Part shown: piece after piece, positions 41,680 to 52,977 of the stretch
How the letters are laid out: every line of letters begins with the position of its first letter
Position numbering within the stretch: the first letter of the stretch is position 1
NCBI RefSeq assembly: GCF_035084215.1
Contig: NC_090340.1
Location: forward strand, 2,852,001 to 2,916,000
Direction of reading: 5' to 3'
DNA length: 64,000 nt
Origin: Heptranchias perlo
Lineage: Eukaryota
Program-made: the position numbers and the translations under genes
Notes under the pieces: generated by a model
Seen by the model: the letters and a program-made list of their open reading frames with translations, nothing else
What the model was told of the DNA's origin: nothing
Databases searched by the model: none

Positions 41680-43050
41680 CTGTTAGCCTGACATCAGTCG
41701 CCGGGAAAATGCTGGAATCTATTATTAAGGAAGTGGTAATAGGGCACTTAGAAAATCATAATATGATTGGGCAGAGTCAACATGGTTTTATGAAAGGGAA
41801 ATCGTGTTTGACAAATCTATCAGAGTTTTTTGAGGATGTAACCAGCAGGGTAGATAAAGGGGAACCAGTCAATGTTGTATATTTGGATTTTCAAAAGGTT
41901 ATTAAGGCGATAAAGTGCCACACAAATGGTTGTTACACGAGTTAATGGATCATGGGTTTGAGGTAATGTATTACCGTGGATAGAGGATTGGTTAATGGAC
42001 AGAAAACAGAGATTCGGAATAAACGGGTCATTCTCAGGTTGGCAGGCTGTAACTAGTGAGGTTGCTGCAAGGATCAGTGCTTGGGCCTCAGCTATTTACA
42101 ATTTATATTAATGACTTAGATGAAGGGCCCGAGTGTAATGTATCCAAATTTACTGACGATATATAGCTAAGTGGGAAAGTATGCTGTGAGGACAAAAAGT
42201 GTCTGCAAAGAAATATAGACAGGTTAAGTAAGTGGGCAAGAAGGTGGCCGATGGAGTATAATGTGGGGAAATGTGAGGTTGTTCACATTGGTTGGGAGAA
42301 CAGAAAAACAGAATGTTTTTAAATGGTAAGAAACTATTCAATGTAGTTGAGAGAGATTTACAGAGATATGTGCTTTTACACGAAACACAGAAAGTTAACA
42401 TGCAGGTACTGCAAGCAAATAGGAAGGCAAATGGTATTTATTACAAAGGGGTTGGAGTACAAGAGTATGGAAGCCTTGCTACAAATGTACAGGGCTTTGA
42501 TGAGACCACACCTAGAGTACTGTGTACAATTTTTGTCTCATTGCCTAAGGAAGGATATACTTGTCTTAGAGGTAGGGCAACGAAAAACCACGAGATTTAT
42601 TCCTGGGATGAAAGTGTTGTCCTATGAGGCGAGATTGAGTAAAATTGGCCTATATTCTCTGAAGTTTCGAAGAATGAGAGGTGATCTCATTGAAACGTAT
42701 AACATTCTTAGATGGCTTGACAGGGTAGATACTGAGAGGCTGTTTCCTCCGGCTGGAGAGCCGAGAACTCAGGGGCATAGTCTCAGGATAAGGGGTTGAA
42801 CATTTAGGGCTGAGATGAGGAGGAATTTCTTCACTCAGAGGGTTGTGAATCTTTAGAATTCACTATCCCAGAGGGCTGTGGATGCTCAGTTATCATGGTT
42901 GAAATCGATGGATTTTTGGACTCTGAAGGAATCAAGAGATATGGGGAGCGGACGGGAAAGTGCATTTGAGGTCGAAGATCTTATTGAATGACGGAGCAGT
43001 CTCGAGGGGCCATATGGACTACTCCTCTTCCTATTTCTTATGTTCTTATT
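41680..43050 (+). mobile_element. CR1 LINE RT/3' fragment
   Basis: QHGFMKGKSCLTNL, RPHLEYCVQF; tail atttcttatgttctta. Confidence 0.9.
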
Positions 43051-43645
43051 TTCTAAGAAGATTGGATATTTTATAGGGATAGGAACTAAAACGTGTAGAA
43101 TAAGAAAAGTACATTTGGGCAGTCCAGCAGAGCCTTTACAATAGGTTTTGTACAACTAGTTATATGATGGAGTCTGTATCATTGGCGAATCATTACAGGT
43201 ATATCATCCAACAAGGTTAACGTGTATGAAATCTTTTGCTGTTCAAAGAATAAAGTGAAGAACAATTACAAGGGATTAATTTAAGGTAATGACCTTTATT
43301 AAATATTCACTGAAATTTACGTTGCTCTCATGGTAATTGAATTGCCCCACTATCACACGAGAGACAATATTCCATAAAGCATTCTGTCCGAATCGAGAAT
43401 TTTCATTGCATTTATTTAGACGCCTCCAGCAGAAGTCGCTCGATACCGACAAGTCGCGCAAACTCTTCCACACAGTGGATCGTGAAGTAATTGTGCCCCG
43501 CCCAATTTTCCTTTATTTAGAGCAGCTAATTGAGCCCGTATCGAGTAAATAAACTGGTACATGCTTCGTCCATAAGATAATTGACCTGTGCAATGAAATA
43601 GGAAAGTCTCGGGCTTGTTGTCCTAACAACCTTCTCTATTAGGGG

Positions 43646-43919
43646 TTACCTCCTTCGTCAGGTGAACGAGGCGTCTAAATAAATGCAATGAAAATTCTCG
43701 ATTCGGACAGAATGCTTTATGGAATATTGTCTCTCGTGTGATAGTGGGACAATTCAATTATCATGATCAATTATCATTCAATTTTCACTTCGTTCACCTG
43801 ACGAAGGAGGTAGCCTCCGAAAACTTGTGAATTTAAAATAAAATTGCTGGACTATAACTTGGTGTTGTAAAATTGTTTACAATTGTCAACCCCAGTCCAT
43901 CACCGGCATCTCCACATCA
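43646..43919 (+). mobile_element. Penelope-like insertion 4 carrying a captured 99-bp local sequence
   Basis: TSD tctctattagggg at 43633-43645 and 43920-43932. Short inverted left arm (43646-43669) and full right arm ttcac-CTGACGA-A-GGAGG-TAG-CCTCC-GAAA-aCTT-gtgaa...catca. Spacer 43668-43766 is the reverse complement of 43328-43426. Confidence 0.87.
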
Positions 43920-44448
43920 TCTCTATTAGGGGAGCAGCGAACATCGTTAATTCATACATCTTGTTAATTCTTATATAGGGTCCCAATGTTTTATTACTTG
44001 TCGTCTTTTGAGTCAACAATTAAATGTTTTCTGGATGGGCCCAGCTAGTTGAGTACCTTTAATTCTAATAGTTTCTTTCGAATGATGATTTGCACCAATG
44101 GCTGATAAACTTTATTATCAGCATTTCTTTGAAATATATAACCATTAGGTAACAATATTCATGTACCATTGTGCATGAGATTAAACATATTCAATATTTG
44201 ATATTTAAAAAGAGTGTTTCTGTCCTTTGCATTTATTTGTTCAGAAGCCAGCAAGTGTTATCAATCTGTTTTAATGATTTCACCCCACAGATTAGCACCG
44301 ATTTATAAAATTAACTATTTAATTGTGCGTCATATGATGCAGGTAATGTATTTTCCACGATTATAAAATGCATCTTTGATCATTGTTGTTCACATAAGCC
44401 GGTTTTAATTTCCTTTCTTACCTTTAAACATTCATTCGATTGTCCTTG

Positions 44449-44479
<31 letters not shown>
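44449..44479. repeat. (AT)n microsatellite
   Basis: atatatat... run with one interruption. Confidence 0.9.
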
Positions 44480-44624
44480 CCCTTTAGTATTTGATATATT
44501 TCAACGCGGTCCCTCCGTAGCTCATTTTTTTAATAGAATTTAATGCTTAAGCTGTTCCCATTTTTCTTCAAGGTTCACCCTTTTTGCGCCCGAAATGACT
44601 CTAATCCACTTTTGTAGCGAAAAT

Positions 44625-45020
44625 ATCCACTTTGGTAGGAACAATAGCAAAGCAGAATATTTTTGAAAGGTGAGAGACTAAGAAATGTTGTTATTCAGGG
44701 GGATTTGGGTGTCCTTGTACATGAATCACAACGAGTTACAATGCAGGTTCAGCCAGCAATTAGAAAGGCAAATTATGTGTAAGCTTTTATTTAAAGGGGA
44801 TTGGAGAGTATAAGAGTAATGAGGTCTTGCTGCAATTATACAGGGCTTTTGTAAGACCACACCTGGAGTATTGATAGATTTTTGGACACTAAGGGAATCA
44901 AGGGTTCCGGAGATATGGCGGGAAAGTGGAGTTGAGGCCAAAGATCAGCCATGATCTTATTGAATGGTGATGCAGTCTTGAGGGGTTGTATGGCCTACTC
45001 CTGCCCCTATTTCTTATTTT
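44625..45020 (+). mobile_element. Internally deleted CR1 3' fragment
   Basis: atccacttttggtagg..., gaccacacctggagta joined to the 3' UTR gatcagccatgatcttattgaatgg. Confidence 0.75.
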
Positions 45021-45469
45021 GTTGTTACTTTTTTTCTGAAGTTCTGAGTGCATATACTACTTTAGTATTTAACCGCATATTTGCATTGTATTGCATGTGA
45101 TGTAACTAAAATTAATACCAAGTCGCTTTCTAACACTGCATTCATCGTATTCTAACCTCCGATGTCTAATTTAAATGAACCGAAATTACTTCCATAAGTT
45201 ATAAGTTAATAAACTAGTCCTGTCTTATTCTGATTCAGCCCATCTCTTCCCATGTTGGAAGTTAATTTGAAGGGCGACCTTGGAGCAGAGCTTTTTGCAA
45301 GAATTACATTGGTGCAGTTTGCATATTCCACTTTAATGTCTGTGGGCTGTATCCAGATCTCTCGCCAAAAATTCGGCTATTATCGGCGGAACCCACGCAG
45401 GTGCAAATGCCCCAAAAGGCCGTTAACGCTGTTGCTGCGTCGTTCTCTCCGATCTGACAACGAACTTAC

Positions 45470-45506
45470 GACAGGAGATCGCGGTCTTGAACGAGAGAGT
45501 AAGCAT
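45470..45506 (-). CDS. Candidate leader (signal peptide) exon of gene A, apparently shortened by an in-frame deletion
   Basis: cacaATG CTT ACT CTC TCG TTC AAG ACC GCG ATC TCC TGT C|gtaagt reads MLTLSFKTAISC, with a consensus donor and phase 1 matching the V exon. A longer inverted copy lies at 46009-46097. Linkage to the V exon over about 30 kb is inference. Confidence 0.45.
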
Positions 45507-45696
45507 TGTGATATACTGTTAATTTTAGTCCCATGGCTTTACAAGCCTCAAAATTGGACCTGGAAATTATTCATTAAGAGCAACACTTGTCTCAATTGCT
45601 TTAAATCAGTTTCTTAGGGTGCCGAGGACTGAAACATTCAGTCCATACAGAAACCTCCAAGAAGGTGCGGCGCAGTAGCATGCAAATGATTCTCCT

Positions 45697-46195
45697 TCAT
45701 AGAATCATAGAATCGTCACAGCACAGAAGGAGGTCATTCAGCCCATCAAGCCCGTTCCGGCTATTTGTAAGAGTCATCCAGTTAGTCCCATTCACCAACA
45801 CTTTCCCCGTGGCCCTGCAATTGTTTTCCGTCCAAATATGTTTCCAATTCCTTTTTGAAAGCCACGATTGAATCTGCTTCCACCCAGTTTCAGACAATGC
45901 AGTCCAGATCATAACTACTCGCTTAGTAAAAAAGTTTTTCCTCATGTCGCTTTTGGTCGTTTTGCCAATCACCTTAAATCTTTGTCCAATGGTACTCGAT
46001 CCTTCCTCAACAGCATATCACAATGCTTACTCTCTTGTTCCAGACCAGGCGTAATATTTCCTTGAGGTTCTCCCGATCTCCTGTCGTAAGTTCGTTGGAT
46101 GGGAATAGTTTCCCTTTATTTAGTTTAGCTAAACACGTCATGATTTTGAACACTTCTATCAAATCTCCTCTCAACCTTCTCTGCTCTAAGGAGAA
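45697..46195 (-). mobile_element. CR1 3' fragment containing a templated host insert
   Basis: DMRKNFFTKRVVMIW and tail catagaatcatagaatc on the plus strand; interrupted at 46009-46097 by non-LINE sequence. Confidence 0.8.
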
Positions 46196-46199
46196 TCTT

Positions 46200-46820
46200 C
46201 ATAGAGAGTGAGCAAGAGAGAGGACGAGTGTTCATGGGAGGGGGAGAGAGAGAGGGTGAGTGTTGAGGGGAGGGAGTGAGAGAGAGAGGTCGAGTGTTGA
46301 TGGGAGGGAGTGAGAGAGAGAGGACGAGTGTTGATGGGAGTGAGTGAGAGAGAGAACGAGTGTTGAAGGGGAGGGAGTGAGAGAGAGAGAGGACGAGTGT
46401 TGAAGGGGAGGGAGTGAGAGAGAGAACGAGTGTTGAGGGGAGGGAGTGAGAGAGATAGCACGAGTGCTGATGGGAGGGAGTGAGAGGGAGAGGACGAGTG
46501 TTTATGGGAGTGAGTGAGAGAGAGAACGAGTGTTGAAGGGGAGTGAGTGAGAGAAACAGGTCGAATATTGAAGGGGAGGGAGTGGGAGAGGGGATGAGTG
46601 TTGAAGGGGAGGGAGTGAGAGAGAGGACTAGTGTTGAGAGGGAGGGGAGAGGGAGAGAGGTGGAGAGATGACGAGTACAGAATGGAGGAAGAGAGATAAG
46701 GAGTAGTCGATTATTGATGGGAGGGAGATGGATAGAGAGGGAGAGAACGAATATTAATGCAAGAGAAAGAGAGAATGAGGGAGAGAATGAATGTTCATAA
46801 GAGAGACAGAGGGTGAGAGG
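46200..46820 (+). repeat. GA-rich minisatellite (about 30-33 bp unit) decaying into low-complexity purine tract
   Basis: Repeated gagagagaggacgagtgttga(a/t)gggga gggagt units, clearest at 46215-46640. Confidence 0.85.
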
Positions 46821-46824
46821 TGGA

Positions 46825-49480
46825 ACGCCTTGCTTTTTGTGATATATATCAAAGAATTAGACTTAAATGTAGGGGGTATGATTACGAAGTTTGCAATCGA
46901 TACAAAAATTGGCCGTGTGGTTGACAGTGAAGAGGAAAGCTGTAGACTTCAGGAAGATATCAATGGATTGGTCAGGTGGGAAGGAAATGCGATAAAAAAG
47001 GAGGGGGGTAGCATTATTGGTTAAATAATCAATTATAGTTGTGAGAAGGGATGATATGCTAGATGGATCATCAATCGAGGCCAAATGGGTTGAGCTAAGA
47101 AATAAAAAAGGGGCGGTCTCACTACTAGGACTGTACTATAAACCCAGGAATAGCGAAAGGGATATAGAAGAACAAATATCTGAGTCCAAAATAAGAGGGC
47201 AATAATACTAGGGGACTACCCTAACATCAACTGGGATTCAAATAGTGTGAGGAGCACAGGGGACGCAAAATTCTTGATCGGTGTCCAGGAGAACGTTTTT
47301 AGCCAGTACGTAACAAGCCCAACAAGCGGGGATGCAATTCTAGATTTAGTCCGAGGAAATGAAGATGGGCAAGTAAGTGAAATGACAGTGGGTGACCATA
47401 TTGGGGATAGTGACCACAATTCAGTTAATTTTAGCATTATTATGGAAAAGGACAGAGTTAAATCAGGAGTAAACGTTTTAAATTGAGGGAAGGCAAATTT
47501 TACAGAACTAAGAGTGTGATTTGGCAGAAGTGGACTGGACACAACTACTTGAAAAGAAATCAGTGCAAGCCAGTGGGAGGCACTAAAAAGTGAAACTGTA
47601 TGGGTACAATGCAGACACGTCCCCTCAAAGAAAAAGGGTGGCAATGCCAAAATTAGAGCCCCTTGGTTGTCTTGAAGTATACGGGGCAAGATAAAGCAGA
47701 AAAAGAAAGCTTATGACTGTCACAGCAAACTAAATACTGCAGAAAGTCTAGAGGATTATAGAAAGTACAGAGATGACGTAAAATGGAAATAAGGAAAGCA
47801 AAGATAGGGCATGGAAACATATCAGCCAGTAAGATTAAAGAAAACACAAAGTTGATTTATCAGTACGTTAAGAACGAGAGGATAGCTAAGGAAAAGGTGG
47901 GACCTATCAGGGATGATATGGGTAACTTGTGTGTAGAAGCAGAGGGTGTGGGTAGGGATTTAAATGAATATTTTGTCTCCGTATTCACAAAGGAAAGGGA
48001 TGATCCGGACGTAGTAGTTGAAGAGGAGAGGAGAGAAATATTGGATAAGGTAAACATAACAAGAGAGGAAGTACTAGTGGGACTGGAATCCTTCAAAGTT
48101 GATAAGTCAGCAGGACCGGATGGATTGTTTCCTAGGCTATTGAAGGAAGCCAGGGACGAAATAGCGGATGCTCTGAGGATAATTTTACTATCCTCAGAAA
48201 ATACAGGGGACGTACCAGAGGACTGGAAGACTGCAAACGTAGTGCCATTGTTTGAAATGGGTACGAGGGAAAGGCCAAACAATTATAGGCCGGTCAGTCT
48301 TACCTCGGTGCTGGGAAAACTATTAGAATCAATACTGAGAGATAGGAAAAACTGTCACTTGGAAAGGCATGGTTTCATCAGGGATAGTCAGCATGGATTT
48401 GTTCAGAGAATGTCATGCCTAAAAATTTGATTAAATTCTTTGAGGAAGTGAAAGGAGGATTGATGAGGGTAAAGCAGTGGATGTTGTCTACATGGATTTT
48501 AGTAAGGCATTTGACAAGGTCCCACTTGGCAGACTGGTCAGAAAGGTAAAAGTCCAGCGGATACAGGGAAATGTGGCGAATTGGATCCAAAATTGGCTCA
48601 GTAACAGGAAACAAAGGGTAAATATCAATGGATGCCTTTGCGAATGGAAATCCGTTTCCAGTGATGTGCCACAGGACTCAGTGTTGGGTCCATTGCTGTT
48701 TGTGGTATATATTAATGATTTGGCCTTGAATGTAGGGGGCATGATTGGTAAATTTGCAGACGACACAAAAATTGGCCGTGTTGTTGATAGTGAAGAGGAT
48801 AGCTGTAGACTCCAAGAAGATATCAATGGGTTAGTGGAGTGGGCGGAAAAGTGGCAAATGGAGTTCAACCCGGAGAAGTGTGAGGTAACGCACTTAGGAG
48901 GTTAAATAGTAAAAGGGAATACACAGTAAACGGGAATATATTGAGAGGGGTAGACGAAGTAAGAGTCCTTGCAGTGCATGTGCACAGGTCCCTGAAAGTG
49001 GCAGTACAGGTAGATAAGTTTGTGAAGAAGGCATACGGAATGCTCTCCATTATTAGCCGAGCTATAGAATACAAAAGCAGGGATGCAATGATGGAACTGT
49101 ATAAAACGCTGATAAGGCCACAGCTGGAGTATTGATCACCACATTACAGGAAGGACGTAATTGTTCTGGAGAGAGTGCAGAGAAGATTTACAAGAATGTT
49201 ACCAGGGCTTGAAAATTGCAGCTACGAGGAGAGATTGAATAGTCTGGGGTTGTTTTCCTTGGAGCAGAGGAGGCTGAGGGGAGATTGGATTGATGTGTAC
49301 AAAATTGTGAGTGTCCCAGATAGAGTAGACAGAAAGTACCCGTTTCCCCGAGCGGAGAGTTCAAGAACTAGAGGACATAGATTTAAGCTGATTGGCAGAA
49401 GGATTAGAGGGGGCATGAGGAAAAACGTTTTTACCCAGAGGGTGGTGATGGAATTTGCGGCCGAATTGGTGGTAGAGGCC
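46825..49480 (+). mobile_element. Long decayed CR1 LINE preceded by a short RT fragment
   Basis: ILDLV..SDHNSV, PEDWKTANVVPLF, QHGFV, KFADDTK, TRGHRFK. Confidence 0.9.
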
Positions 49481-51106
49481 TTGGGGGCCACATGCTGCAT
49501 CATATATTAACTTGAGTCATGGTGATATCTTGGGTTGTCACAGGTATCAGCACGATATGATCTATCTTGGTCAATTTTGTCCGTAGGAAACAAAAGTTTG
49601 AGGATTCTATTGCGCACATTTGGTCACCTTGCTCATACCTGGATTTTGTGGTAATCACACAATATTCCGTTCGTCCCAGATAGACACTTTTCATCTGGTG
49701 GGTATCCCATGTCTGCTGTTGCACTGCATACGTAGCAGACTGGGCTTGAGACTACAGTTTTCAAAATATGCCTGGGAATGCAACATGTTTCATAGCCGGG
49801 GACTGGGGCCGACACATAGCCGTCCCTGGGAGAGGGTAACCAAACCTTTTGATCCAGTACTGCTAGTGGGTCGAAGTTCAACTTACCGCCCAGTCCTAAT
49901 GCTGCCATTGTTAATTATACAACCCATTGAATTCAAGGGAAATAAATATCTGGCGGTCTCCATATCAGGCCGCCAATTCGTTGAAAATGTCCCTCATTGG
50001 GGGTTATTTCAACCTTACCACGGTGTGCGGAACTGCCGCTATCAGATGCACCGTTTTGACTTCAACAGAAAATGAACCTCTGAATGGTTTACTTTTTAAT
50101 TATTGGGGTGCAAATTATTCTTCAACGACAGCGGAAAACGGACAATAAGGAATGGGTAGATCATTTTACACCCGCCAGAAATTCTTTTTAATAGAAAACA
50201 AAATCGCTCGAGTGTAAAGCGGCCCACCGCTGAAGACGTATTACACCTCCATTTGCCGAGTAATATGAAAGTTTGGATTTAATTTAGGCAACTGTAGATG
50301 ACAGCCTAAATGTAACAAACTAAAACTCTTAGAACCTGTTACTGCAAACAGAATATTAAATTATTCAAGAACACGGTAGCGATTTCCCAGTTATGAAATT
50401 GTTATTTTTAAAATAATAATATCAAATGCTGAATGCAAACTTTTGAGGTGGTAATGTGTAGGTTTTCTTGTTTACGAGACATTCAACTGGGTTTATACAG
50501 CTGGTTACAGAACTACTGAAAAGAAAAAAAAATATGTTCTTAAAGTAAAGTTGAAAAAACAACAAAAAAACACAGAAGTAAGCTTTTGCAAAATAGTAAA
50601 ATGCCCACCATAAAAAAAAACACAGTAGGCTACGTATTAAATATAACCCTTCGGCATAAGTAGTCATGTAACAATGTGCCAAAAATCAACAAGCTAGCAA
50701 AATGCTTTCCACAATGCGGAGCAAGTTAAAATCTACCTCAGGACATCTATATGTAATATGCCTTTGGTTGAGGTTTCAAATACATATACATATCTTGGTC
50801 AATTGTTGATATACAAGTTTAAATAATGGTTTAGCAACATAAAGTTGGCTTTTTGCACCTAGCCTTTCACGCTACTATTATAAATTCGACTGATTTCAGT
50901 ATATTTCCTTAGAATGAATTGTCTAATTTTCCAAGGCTGCCTCGAAGACCCAGGTAAAACCCCCCGTTTCTATTACGTTCAGGCTGGTGTACTATCCATG
51001 AAAAGGGAAAACCAGCTTCTGGAGAGTAAGATAACGTTCATCAGTTTGTGCTTCAAAACGGCATAACTGTACGTCCTGGTGAAATAGTTTATTTCCCAGC
51101 TATATG

Positions 51107-51209
51107 CTAAATTTCTTCCCTTGGGTTAATTGGCAGTAATAGTTCGCCGAATGTAACTTCCAGCAGTTCAGATCCACAGATCTCTCGTGTCCTGTTCCTT
51201 TTTACATAT
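51107..51209 (-). CDS. Short cytoplasmic terminal exon following the second TM exon
   Basis: Acceptor ctgatttttgtgtttag|; phase-2 join reads YVKRNRTREICGSELLEVTFGELLLPINPREEI*. AATAAA on the minus strand at 51088-51093. Confidence 0.6.
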
Positions 51210-52481
51210 CTAAACACAAAAATCAGAAGATTGTTTAGTTTATTTCTAATTATTTGATCACTTGACCACTATCATTGGTTCTTGATTTTGTTTTCAACCC
51301 AAATGCATTTCTTTACCGTCTCACTGTGAGATCCACCAACTTGGATCGAAGTTATGGCGGAAGATCGGAAGAGTTCTTCGCCGAACATTCTGGCGTTTTA
51401 TATATAACCGATAACAAAGTGAAGCCGCTAATTCCTAGGTTTTCGATTTGGCTCAAAAAAAAATAGTTTCAAATGGTAAATTTTTCACCGGCTTCGCCGC
51501 AACTTCGACCAATACCACAGGACAACGTCGTATCAATCTATCATTCTGTTCTTTTCCAGGAACGGAAGTTAGGGAGATGACCCCCCAGCAGGAATTCTGC
51601 CTTCATGATTATATTTGTTGTACAAGAACCAGAAGATGAGCGATGGGTGCACAAATTTGCGACTTACCAAGTGCCTCCCGCTCGAACTCCAGCACGAGAT
51701 CCGGCAAAGTCCCGGAGAAATGGTTTAACCTGAAAACTGCAATTTACCTGTTCATCCGGAGCTTCCCAGGAAGTGACAATAATTTTCTCACTAAACCTGT
51801 TTAATCAAAAGGGGCCTGAAATTCTATGGGGATTCTCCCGCTTTCCTTCCCTAACATTTGTGGGAAACTGTGGGGCATCTAAGAAAAAATGGCTTAAACG
51901 GTTGAAATGGCGATTTGCGCCCTTCCAGATGCGTTTCTACCTATCTAGTATCGAAGTTAGGCGGGACATCGGTGGCATGCTGGACAGTTTCGGGCCTTGG
52001 ATGTTAAATGCTCCTGTAATCGAAATTAAGGCTCTAAATCTGTTCCTGAAGAACGGAATTTCGTGGGTGCTCCCCGACATCCCGTGTACCTTTGGCGGTA
52101 GATTAAAGGGATTTCGGGTAAAGACCCAAACGGATAAAATCTCCAATGCATACTAATTGGCCATTGTTTCCGCTAAAGTTAAAGTGGGAGATTAGGAGAA
52201 TCGGGCAGAAAGTCACCTCTTCTTCCACTTGGGTATTTCTATATAGTTCTTCATCCACTTCGTTTAAAGGAAATTTGTACAACTTATGACACCAGCAGAC
52301 CGAATTGTCGGGGATGCTCCCCATTCACCGCCGCAACTTCGATAAAGAACCACTTTAACGGTTTTTCCGGTGAACTCCGACGGAAGATTACCCAGGACAA
52401 GGGGAAGATATTCACTCACTCTTATTTTAGATAATTCTATATTAAAATAATAATTGCTTGGAAAACGAAATGAAATCTTAC

Positions 52482-52596
52482 CTTTCGAAAGGAATCGTTT
52501 TACAGTAATCCACAATCATGGTGGACAGCATCAGAATTAGGAAAACAGCCGATATAAAGCGGGATGTCAGACCAATTCGGGAAACATTATCGGAGG
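52482..52596 (-). CDS. Second charged transmembrane exon (Arg...Asp), paralogous to the gene A TM exon
   Basis: Acceptor ttttatttacatcttgcag|, donor AG|gtaaga; 115 nt, phase 1/2. Reads (x)SDNVSRIGLTSRFISAVFLILMLSTMIVDYCKTIPFER. Confidence 0.8.
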
Positions 52597-52679
52597 CTGC
52601 AAGATGTAAATAAAACAGAAATGCAGTGTTTTGTATTCGACTGAGTGTTCTCATAGTAACATTACATAAATAAACGAAG

Positions 52680-52729
52680 GAATGAATGAATGCTTGAATG
52701 GATAAATGCATGAATGAATGAATGAATGA
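52680..52729. repeat. (TGAA)n imperfect microsatellite
   Basis: gaatgaatgaatg... units just upstream (minus strand) of the second TM exon acceptor. Confidence 0.8.
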
Positions 52730-52977
52730 TTGCATTAATTAGACAGGGACAGGGCGCAAATTTCTGTTTCATTGCTATAGCATTGCTAACTTGATTTTTA
52801 TTTACAGGTAGGGTGACAACGATCATTTCAGCGGCTTCAGGTAAGGGTAAATTTATAAGTCTGAAGAGAAAAGTCAAGGCTGTGGAGCTGAGTAACGATT
52901 TGGGTAAAAACAAGTAGAATGTGTCAGGAAGGGACAGAAAGTTTAACAAAGGTAATAGGTCATTAGTGACTTTTTTT

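Noticed and set aside
46200-46680. Repeat array as CRISPR-like
   Set aside because: No unique spacers, degenerate GA-rich units, and a eukaryotic context.
50422-50682. Hydrophobic ORF resembling a membrane protein
   Set aside because: Produced by A-rich low-complexity sequence; no splice or homology support.
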